Below, one piece after another: positions 22,798-31,600 of a stretch of DNA of 44,874 nucleotides (its first letter is position 1; every line of letters starts with the position of its first letter). A model generated the notes under the pieces. That model saw only the letters and a program-made list of their open reading frames with translations. It was not told the origin of the DNA and did not search any database. The translations under genes and the position numbers were made by a program. The stretch comes from a virus, in the IMG/VR virus record IMGVR_UViG_3300033143_001480, positions 1-44,874 of that record; one strand, 5' to 3'.

Positions 22798-25290
22798 ATG
22801 AGCAGTAACCTAAAGCTAGATCTAGCAGCACATATAGCAGCTCTCCGAAAGAAAGATGCAGCTAAGACAGCTCTAGTAGCTGATGATGCTATCATCTTCT
22901 GGGGCACAGCTGCAGATAAGGACTACCTACCTCAGCTTAAGCCTTGCGTAGGATCAGCAACAACATTCCTGCGGATGGAAAAGGTAGATACTCTTACTCA
23001 GGTGCAGCTCTATTGCAGGCAGAAAGGAATAACTAGAATAGTATCTTCTTCTCCTTCTCTCCTAGCTAAGATCTTATACTGGGATAAGAGGAAAGCACCA
23101 AGCTTATCTAACTATGCAGGCTCCTATTTTAAGCTGCCTCCTTTCAAAGAAGGAGAGCCAGAGATAGAGATAGTATTTATAGCTCCTCTGAAACAGCTGG
23201 TAACTGTTCCCTATGCGAAATTCATAGCTACTAGAATGATTTCTAAGCTTACTATTCCTGAAGTATGGTCAGCTCGTTTCGTACCTACTCCATTCACAGG
23301 GTTCGAACTCTTAACTGCTACAAATGAAGAAGGCTACTTCATATCCTTTAATCAAGCTAACTGTTTCCTTATCTCTATGGATATAGAAACCTTTAGAGAG
23401 AATGCAGCAATACGATGTATCTCCTATACCGCTTTCTTCTACGATCCCCAAGAACCTAACGGACTACACTCTGAGTCTGTAGTTCTCCCTCTCGATTCAG
23501 ACTATAACCTATCTATAATGAGGAAGTTTAACTATGAGACTAAAGCTCCCAAGTTGTTCCAGAACGGTAAGTATGATATTAGCTATCTTTCCCGTTATAA
23601 TGCTCCTGTCTATAATTACCAGCACGATACTGCTCACATGTTTCACTCTTGGTACTCTGAACTTCCTAAGGATCTTGGATTCCTTAATGCTTTCTTTGTG
23701 CGAGAAGCTATCTACTGGAAAGATCTAGCAGAGACTAATGACCTGCATGAATACTATCGCTACAATGCTCTCGACACTTGGGGTACAGGTAACGCTTGGT
23801 TAGCTATGCTCCTAGAAGCACCAGCTTATGCTATGAGAAACTACCAGCTAGAGTTCCCTCTAGTATTCCCTTGTCATATGTCAGAGATGCGAGGTATAGC
23901 TAGAGATATGGGCAGGATGAAGGAAGCTAGGGAAATGGCTCAGGAACTGGTTGATGCATCGACTAAGAGCCTAGATATTATATTAGATGTAACTCCTGGC
24001 ACTCATTTTAATGTTAACTCTCCTATCCAGATGAAAGCTATGCTTAAGATACTAGGCTGCGGAGACCTAAAAAGTGCAGACGCTAAGAACCTAGAGAAGG
24101 CTCGCTTTCGACATCCATTTAATGCAAGAATCATAGGTCACGTACTCTTAGTTCGCAAGGCTAGGAAGCTTATATCTACCTACCTTACAGAAGGTAAAGA
24201 GTTTAGTAGCCTGCGAGAGAAGCGGATCTATAGAATCCTATACGCTCTCAATCCGCACGGAACTGACTCCTCTCGCCTAGCTTCTAGGGAGCATCACTTC
24301 TGGTGTGGGTTACAGATACAGAATATACCACGAGGCCCAGCAGTTAAGAGAACTCTCAAAGCTGATGATGGTTTCTATATAGCAGAAGTAGATCTAGAAC
24401 AGGCAGAGTCCAGAGATACAGCTTATATCTCAGGGGAAGAGGCGTTAATAGAAGCAGTAGAGCACTCCCCTGACTTTCATTCATACAATGCATCAGCTTT
24501 CTTTGGCACACCGTTCTCTGAAATCTTTGATGTAGCTACTTCCAAGGTTCTTGATAAGAATTTAAGAGATCTAGCTAAGAGGGTTAATCACGGAGCTAAC
24601 TATAATATGGGCTGGATGGTTCTCATAGACACTATGGGAGAGGCTAAGATATTACTAGCGAAGCAGCTCTTAGGTTTAAACCGCTTTTGGGGATATAGAG
24701 AAGTAGCAGAATATCTCTTAGAGCAATTTCATGTAGCATATCCAGGGATAAGGAAGGTGTTCTATGCAGGAGTTGTTGAAGAAGTTGGGCGAACGAGAGT
24801 GCTTAGGAGTACTGCTTTGCATCATAGTTGGACTACAGCTAATGGTGATAGCGTGTTACCTAACCCTACTATGGAAGATTATTTAAGAGAGTACAAGGAG
24901 GCTGGTGGAGCTTGGACTCGCTACTGTTTCGGCAGGCCTGATAAGAGTAAGCGTTCTTTGAACCAGTACATATCCCACCCTCCGCAATCTCTTAATGCGC
25001 AGACTCTTAATATTAGCTACATGTCTGTATTCAATGATATAGCTATGGATGCTAGATATGCAGATCACTTTAAACTACTAGCACAAATACATGATTCTAT
25101 TCTTTTTCAGTATAGAATCGGACACGAGTATCTAGTAGATATGGTTAAGGAAAGGATGGAGATACCAGTGACTGTGCTAGGGTATGATAAGAAGTTAAGA
25201 ACATTTGTTGTGCCTGCCGGAGCTAAGATAGGAACAGAGAAAGTATTAGCAGAGGGAAGGAAAGCAATCTATTGGAGTGAGACAGAGTGA
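22798..25290 (+). CDS. Family A DNA polymerase with 3'-5' exonuclease domain (830 aa)
   Basis: ExoI MDIET (D195/E197). Motif A DLEQAESR (D532). Motif B RDLAKRVNHGANY (R590-Y602). Motif C QIHDSILF (H765 D766 S767). Confidence 0.92.
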   Translation: MSSNLKLDLAAHIAALRKKDAAKTALVADDAIIFWGTAADKDYLPQLKPCVGSATTFLRMEKVDTLTQVQLYCRQKGITRIVSSSPSLLAKILYWDKRKAPSLSNYAGSYFKLPPFKEGEPEIEIVFIAPLKQLVTVPYAKFIATRMISKLTIPEVWSARFVPTPFTGFELLTATNEEGYFISFNQANCFLISMDIETFRENAAIRCISYTAFFYDPQEPNGLHSESVVLPLDSDYNLSIMRKFNYETKAPKLFQNGKYDISYLSRYNAPVYNYQHDTAHMFHSWYSELPKDLGFLNAFFVREAIYWKDLAETNDLHEYYRYNALDTWGTGNAWLAMLLEAPAYAMRNYQLEFPLVFPCHMSEMRGIARDMGRMKEAREMAQELVDASTKSLDIILDVTPGTHFNVNSPIQMKAMLKILGCGDLKSADAKNLEKARFRHPFNARIIGHVLLVRKARKLISTYLTEGKEFSSLREKRIYRILYALNPHGTDSSRLASREHHFWCGLQIQNIPRGPAVKRTLKADDGFYIAEVDLEQAESRDTAYISGEEALIEAVEHSPDFHSYNASAFFGTPFSEIFDVATSKVLDKNLRDLAKRVNHGANYNMGWMVLIDTMGEAKILLAKQLLGLNRFWGYREVAEYLLEQFHVAYPGIRKVFYAGVVEEVGRTRVLRSTALHHSWTTANGDSVLPNPTMEDYLREYKEAGGAWTRYCFGRPDKSKRSLNQYISHPPQSLNAQTLNISYMSVFNDIAMDARYADHFKLLAQIHDSILFQYRIGHEYLVDMVKERMEIPVTVLGYDKKLRTFVVPAGAKIGTEKVLAEGRKAIYWSETE

Positions 25291-26549
25291 GCAATAAGCA
25301 GCAACCTCCTCAGGACTTCTTCACTCTCTACCTTCAATACACAGCTCAGACTGAGTGCCCAACATTCTTCCACCGTTGGACTTCTCTTACCTGCTTAGCT
25401 GCGTGGGTTGGTAGGGACATCTATTTCCCTTTTGGTCACTTCAAGATACATGCGAACATGTATACAATGCTTGTAGGCTTAGCTGGTACTAAGAAGTCTA
25501 CAGCTATCAAGATAGGAGTGAAGCTGTTAGAAGAAGCTGGTTACTCACACTTCGCTGCGGACAAGACGCGGCAAGAGAAGTTCCTTATAGATCTAGCTGA
25601 CGCAGGAGGAGACTCAGGCGAAGATAATATCTTAGATCAGAATCTTTTTGGAGACACTGATATGCAAGCTCTCCCTCCTGCAGAGTGTTTCGTAGCTTCA
25701 GATGAAATAAATAACTTCATAGGAGTAGGTAACTTAGAGTTCATGTCTATCTTAGGTGACTTCTGGGACAGAGATAAACCATTTAAGTATAAGCTTAAGA
25801 ACTCAGAGAGTGTAACCATTCCCTACCCTACTATAAATATCTTAGGCGGGAATACTTTCGTAAGCTTGAATCGCCTATTCCCTCCTGAGGCAGTGGAGCA
25901 AGGCTTCTTCTCTAGGCTCTTATTCATACACGCTGAACCTACAGGAGTTAAGCACACCATACCTGCAGAACCTTCTGCTGCCATTAAAGAGCAGCTTATA
26001 GAACAGCTAGTAAAGATTAAACAGACTATGAAAGGTAAGATAGAAATAACTCCTGCTGCTTTCGATCTACTAGATAAGATCTATCACGAGTGGGAAGGAA
26101 TGAATGATATACGCTTCGATGCTTATGAGAACAGAAGACTACAGCATTTACTAAAACTATGTATGCTTACTGCTGTTGTAAGATTATCTCATACTATAGA
26201 GGTGCAAGATATCATATACGCGAATACTATCCTCACCTTTACAGAGCATCTAATGCCTAAGGCTCTAGGTGAATTCGGATTAGCGCGAAACTCTGGCGTA
26301 TCTCATAGGGTAATGCAGCTCTTAGATACAGCTCCTGCTCCTATCAAGTTACATGAGATATGGAAGCACGTGCATACAGACTTAGAGAAGAGGGATATGT
26401 TAGTAGAGATACTACATAGTCTCACCATGGCAGAGAAGATACAGGTTGTAAATGGGGGTTACTTACCGATAAAGAGTGTTAGAAAGGTTGGAGTAGAAGG
26501 AGCAGTAGATTGGTCGCTGCTATCAGAGGCTGAGTTAGATTTATTATAG
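25287..26549 (+). CDS. VirE-like P-loop NTPase, putative replication protein (420 aa, GTG start)
   Basis: GTGA overlap with the polymerase stop. Walker A-like GLAGTKKST (deviant: K where G is expected). Walker B-like CFVASDEI. Confidence 0.6.
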   Translation: MSNKQQPPQDFFTLYLQYTAQTECPTFFHRWTSLTCLAAWVGRDIYFPFGHFKIHANMYTMLVGLAGTKKSTAIKIGVKLLEEAGYSHFAADKTRQEKFLIDLADAGGDSGEDNILDQNLFGDTDMQALPPAECFVASDEINNFIGVGNLEFMSILGDFWDRDKPFKYKLKNSESVTIPYPTINILGGNTFVSLNRLFPPEAVEQGFFSRLLFIHAEPTGVKHTIPAEPSAAIKEQLIEQLVKIKQTMKGKIEITPAAFDLLDKIYHEWEGMNDIRFDAYENRRLQHLLKLCMLTAVVRLSHTIEVQDIIYANTILTFTEHLMPKALGEFGLARNSGVSHRVMQLLDTAPAPIKLHEIWKHVHTDLEKRDMLVEILHSLTMAEKIQVVNGGYLPIKSVRKVGVEGAVDWSLLSEAELDLL

Positions 26550-26574
26550 GCTGCTTGTAGCTAAGGAGAAGGTC

Positions 26575-26931
26575 GTGGAAACTACAGAAGATAAGGATAG
26601 AGTTATAGCTAAGCTGAAGTCTTTAATAGCAGACGCTGTATGGAAGAAGACATCGCTGATATACAATGATATTCTAGCAAGTATCTACTTGGAGGATGGT
26701 AGTCGTATCACTATTCTAGACAGAATGACAGGTTTCGGAGGAGGTCAGAGAGATACAGAAACAGGGTACAAAGACGCAAAGGGAGACTTCTGGCTGGCTA
26801 GCGGAATGTTTGATATAAGAGACGAGCAGTACTGTAAGGATAAACCCCTAACAGTAGAAGCTGCGGTAGCTTTAATTAAAAGAAATGCAAATACATGTAA
26901 CCCAAACAGGAAAGAGGAGATACAAAGATGA
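26575..26931 (+). CDS. Hypothetical protein (118 aa, GTG start)
   Basis: SD AAGGAG lies 6 nt upstream. ATGA overlap with the DHH gene. Confidence 0.6.
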   Translation: METTEDKDRVIAKLKSLIADAVWKKTSLIYNDILASIYLEDGSRITILDRMTGFGGGQRDTETGYKDAKGDFWLASGMFDIRDEQYCKDKPLTVEAAVALIKRNANTCNPNRKEEIQR

Positions 26932-27908
26932 GTAATAGCACAAATACAAATACACAAAGTAAGAAGATATTAATCGCATACCACGGGCATTGCCTAGATG
27001 GGTTCACAGCAGCGTGGGTAGCTAGAAAGGAGCTAATAGAATCCTGTGGCTATACACCAGAAGAGATAGATACACTAGAGATGGTCTACGGAAAGCTAGT
27101 AGAGTTAGAGCAGAGAGCAGAGGATTACGATACTGTCTATATTCTTGACTTCTCTATACCAGTGCCTCTACTTACGCAGATAGCAGAAGTAGCTGAAGTG
27201 TATGTGATGGATCATCACAAGACTGCTATGGAGATGTATGCACAAGAGGATCTCTTATACTGGCAAGGCTTTATAGGCAAGGCGCATGTAACTATAGATA
27301 TGACTGAGTGTGGAGCTTCTCTTACCTATCAAAGTATGGTAACTACTATAGGAGAGTTACCTGTACTTCTTAAGTATGTTAAGGACCATGACCTGTGGGA
27401 GCATGAGTATATAGATACACCTTCTGTGAATAAGTACCTACGGACACTACCTAAATCTTTTGCTCGCTGGAATATACTTGAGACGCAACTAGAAGATTCA
27501 AAGCTGGAGAATAATATCATCATTTCAGGGGAAGGTATGCAAGCCTACCACGATATGATAGTATCTCACCTAGTAGCTGAAGCGACAGAAGTCACCATCG
27601 GAGGTATTACCGGACTAGCTGTTAACTGCTCTCCTCAGTTTACTAATGAGGTAGGCCACCTACTAGGGAAGCAGAGCGGTACTTACGGAGCTACTTGGCA
27701 GCAGGTAGGCTCAGAGGTGAAATGGTCACTGAGAAGCGATCGCAACACTGAAGGGACTACTGATGTATCAGCTCTCTGTAAGAAGTTCGGCGGCGGAGGT
27801 CATGAGAACGCAGCAGGGTTCACTCTATCTCCTCCAGTGCAAGGTAAGATCTTCTCAGATGAAGAAGACTTTCAGGAAGTAGGAGTATCGATATGGTCGG
27901 TGGAGTAA
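26928..27908 (+). CDS. DHH/DHHA1 phosphoesterase, NrnB-like (326 aa)
   Basis: Motifs YHGHCLDG, ILDFS, MDHHKT (DHH), KDHDLW and the DHHA1 motif GGGGHENAAGF. Confidence 0.85.
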   Translation: MSNSTNTNTQSKKILIAYHGHCLDGFTAAWVARKELIESCGYTPEEIDTLEMVYGKLVELEQRAEDYDTVYILDFSIPVPLLTQIAEVAEVYVMDHHKTAMEMYAQEDLLYWQGFIGKAHVTIDMTECGASLTYQSMVTTIGELPVLLKYVKDHDLWEHEYIDTPSVNKYLRTLPKSFARWNILETQLEDSKLENNIIISGEGMQAYHDMIVSHLVAEATEVTIGGITGLAVNCSPQFTNEVGHLLGKQSGTYGATWQQVGSEVKWSLRSDRNTEGTTDVSALCKKFGGGGHENAAGFTLSPPVQGKIFSDEEDFQEVGVSIWSVE

Positions 27909-27911
27909 GAT

Positions 27912-28163
27912 ATGAAATATGAATACTTCTCTGACTCTAGAGTAGCCTTAGATAGGGAGATAAGAGATCATCCAGAGCTGATGGAACTATTAGCTAACCA
28001 TCCTGTAGCTGAGTTTGAGATTAGACTCTCTGAAGTAGCAGCTTACTGTGGACTAGTCTTACATGGAGATTACTTACAGTCGGATTTGGATGCTTTATGT
28101 GATCATCTTGTAGGTAAGCTTAGAATGAAGAAGATTGCACCTAATATAATTACATTGAACTAG
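27912..28163 (+). CDS. Hypothetical protein (83 aa)
   Basis: SD GGAG lies 6 nt upstream. Helical and acidic. Confidence 0.6.
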   Translation: MKYEYFSDSRVALDREIRDHPELMELLANHPVAEFEIRLSEVAAYCGLVLHGDYLQSDLDALCDHLVGKLRMKKIAPNIITLN

Positions 28164-28191
28164 AGCAACTTAGCTGCAAGGAGATACAGAC

Positions 28192-28608
28192 ATGAGCAAA
28201 CAATACAACTCTCAAGCCAATACTAGCAAAGCTAACAAAGACCGTAGCGGTAACGACAAGGTAATAATAGAAGGACAGCTAATCCCTACTCCCAGCGTGA
28301 AAGCTAACCTCTATAAGTTCCCTGACGTAGATACAGGAGAGGTGAAGCAGGAATGGATACCTAATTCACAGGTATTCAAAACAGTGATACAACACCTAGG
28401 AGAAGGGGAGGAAGCACATACTTTAACAGTTCCTCGCTGGCTAGCAGAAGCGAAAGGAGTAGCTTATATGGAGGAGTCTGAGGTAGAAGAGGAAGGAGAG
28501 TCTACGGAGGAGGAGTTAGATTTTGATCCAGATATCTCTGAAGCTCCTGATAACTTCGCACCTGATGCCCTGTTTAACTACGGGACAGTAGATACCCCTA
28601 AAAGGTAA
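28192..28608 (+). CDS. Hypothetical protein with acidic C-terminal half (138 aa)
   Basis: SD AAGGAG lies 8 nt upstream. Contains EESEVEEEGESTEEELDFDPD. Last gene of the early arm. Confidence 0.65.
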   Translation: MSKQYNSQANTSKANKDRSGNDKVIIEGQLIPTPSVKANLYKFPDVDTGEVKQEWIPNSQVFKTVIQHLGEGEEAHTLTVPRWLAEAKGVAYMEESEVEEEGESTEEELDFDPDISEAPDNFAPDALFNYGTVDTPKR

Positions 28609-28612
28609 GCAT

Positions 28613-28663
28613 AAAAAAGCCGGAAGTAAGAGTTCTCAGCATAAGCAGACTCCTACTTCCGGC
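28613..28663 (-). terminator. Convergent-arm terminator (best fit for the - strand late transcript)
   Basis: 15-bp stem: 28619-28633 pairs with 28649-28663 (G-U on the - strand RNA, A-C mismatch on the + strand RNA). 15-nt loop. A6 at 28613-28618 gives a U6 tail only on the - strand. Confidence 0.75.
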
Positions 28664-28694
28664 AACACCCAACAGCAATCGTTTTAAATCCTTA

Positions 28695-31600
28695 TCAGAG
28701 TCCTTCAAAATCCTTCAATCTATATCCTCCCATTATCTCTTGCATATTCTGAGAGAAGTTACTCCCCAAACCATCCTGTATCTTATTAGCCTGCGACACA
28801 TTAGCAGTCTTATACAAGTTCCCCATCCAACTATTAAACTGTTCCTGCTTACCTCCTGTAGCTGCATAGCTTTCAGCGAAGCCTTCTATCTGCTCTTGGG
28901 TAGGATCTTGTCCTGCGATAAGAGTAGTCTTAATAGCTTCTCCTAAAGCCTGTCTCTTTCGTGAGTCTTTTAGTCCATAAGAGGTAAGACGAAAGGTAGC
29001 ATCAATAGCGATGGCTTCATCAAGAGGTTTTCCTCCAGCCATTCTACCTAGATTAGCTATGCTCAGAAGATCATTAGAAGCAATAACATTCCCACGGTTG
29101 CTAGTAGAATAAGACTGCCCTAGAGGATTCGCAGCTGCCTCCAGAGTTTGCGCCAAACCTGCTAATGGTCTGCTTATTCCATTATGCTCTAGCCCTTGTA
29201 AGAGAGTAGTAGCTACATCACCTCCTGCCTTTAGTTTCCCAGCCGTCTCGAATAAGTTACTAAAGAACTTAGTTGAAGCTCCTATGATAGGGACATCTGC
29301 AGGAGAAGAAGGTAAGATAGTTACGTGCCTAGGATTGATATCCCCACGAGTATATAGGTTCACCTTAAGATCAGGATGAATAAGCATATTAGATGCGACA
29401 CCGAACATTAACCAGTCTCCAGCCTGCTTTCCTAGTATGCCGTAGGTAGTATCATACACATCTCTATGCTCCTGATTCCCGCTAGCATTACCTAAGATAT
29501 GAGTATTCACAGCATTGAACGCAGGGAGTCCATTTAGTCCATGGATAGTACCTTGTAAAGCTAGCAAGGTCATAGCATCTTTCGAAGCTCCTTCTCCTAC
29601 GTGTCGTAGTAACTGCTGCATAAGGTTAAACTGATAAGTCTGAAAGAGGCCAATAGCCTGTCCTATAGGGCCAGCGAAAGCCATAGGTCTCTGAGCTGCT
29701 AGGTAGTTCCCTTGGGTTCGATTCACAAAAGTATTTATATAAGCAAGTTGCTGCTTACCTGTCATGATCTTATTCTTTACAGCTACATCTGTAATCTGTT
29801 TCATCACATCTGCAGCTACAAACCTATTAAACTCTTCAGCTAGCTTATTCCCTGTCCACTTCTCGCCTGTATTAGCTGCATTCCGTAGGGCAGAATGTAC
29901 ATCATCTACTCTACCAGACCAAGCTTGAACACTCTCCTTACCGTTATAAGTCATAGACTCCAAAGTCCACCTATACTGATCTGAGATAGAAGTGATGAAT
30001 CTATTATCTCTGTAGAAAGCCATCTCAGGAGTATCTTTTCCGAAGCGTTTCATGCTGTTAGCTATAAGCTTGCTAGGAGACAGGATCATCTTATTCGTAC
30101 CAGGAACTGTTATCTTTCCTAGCTTAGCGAGCTGTCCTACAGCATTCGTATCTGAGGCTTCTATGGCTCGTATTACAGCCTTAGTCTCAGCGCCAAGGAG
30201 AACATTAGCAGAGATAGCATTGTTAGCTGCATTTAAGAAGTCGAGTCGGAGAGTGATAGTTGCTAGGATACTATTAGCTTTCTGTACCGCAGCAGTTAGT
30301 ATCCCTTTAGAAACATTAGAGTTAGCGAACAGTTCCATAGATTCATCATAAGCTGCACCTTTATATCCGGACTGCTCAAGCATAGAGTTCACAGCAGCTA
30401 GTTCCTTAGGAGTCTTAGCTGTCTCTACTGCACCAGCAATCCTATTGTATACCTTGCTTACGGCATCATCTGCCATGCGATTTGTAGCTACCCACCAAGG
30501 ATAATCTGCATAGTTCTTAAGACCTAGAGCAGTCTTTATATAAGATCCATAAGGATTCTCTACAACTTCATCAGCATACTTAAGAAGAGAGGTGTTAGAG
30601 AACTTAGAGGTAGCTATATCAGTGTACTTCTCTCCAAGAGTCTTCAGCTCCTTGAAAGGAACTTCATAGTTAGCAGCGATAGTCTCTCTTACTAGCCCAG
30701 ACTCTCTCTGCATATGCCAGTTTAATAAGTCATCTATAATCTTCTTAGGCTCCGTAGGTACAAAGTGAGGAGCACTAACACCTTTCCGGTGCATAGCATT
30801 ATCTAGGTAGTTATCAGATAGAGTCTTCTCCACGTCCCACTGACCTATGCTCTTATAATATCTTTCTGCTTCGCCTTTAGTTCTTACTCTTAGGTGAGGA
30901 TTCTCTTTAACTTTAGAGATCTGCGCAGCTAACTCTTTCTCAGTAGTAGCGTATAAGGTCTTAGTGTGCCCCATACCTTGCCCGGTAATAGATTCATCAG
31001 AGACTAGTGCGAAGAAAGGATAGTCCTTAGGATCTACAGGAGTAGGATAGAACACACCGGCTTCCCTTGTATCAGTAGCACCTTGTGCATTACGTACACC
31101 TCTCAAGGAGTCTACTCTCTTTCCATTGCGCTCGATATGAAGCTTAGCAAGATCTAAAGACTCGGGATGCTTAAAAGGAATAACCTCTGGAGCACCTTCT
31201 GTCTGTAAAACAGGCCTAGCTGGCTCCTGCTTAAGCTTCTTAGGCGGAGCTTTACCTGCCGCTTTATTCTTAGCTAACTTCATCTCATTCAAAGCTCTAA
31301 CAGCCTTAACCTTCTGCTTCCATCTAGCTATGACAGCTGGCTCTAAGAACTTCCCTGCCGAATCTAAAACATACCGATCAGGAATAGATCGTAGAGTAGC
31401 ATTGATGGTAGCCCATTCGACAGCTGCAGCTTGATTCTGTCCTAGCTTATACAAGGCTGGTTCAATAGCTTCTCTGGTAGCCTTCTGAAACTTCTCAATG
31501 ATACCTGTAGTAACATTACCTAAATGTTCAGTAGTAGCTGCAAGAGATCCATAGTTAGAAGAAGCTGCAGAGTACAGCTTAGAGCCTGAACCTATTCTAT

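Noticed and set aside
23299-23310. GGGTTCGAACTC, a tRNA T-arm-like string.
   Set aside because: It lies inside the polymerase ORF. No complementary T-stem, acceptor stem or anticodon arm can be drawn around it. I found no tRNA-like cloverleaf in any intergenic spacer.
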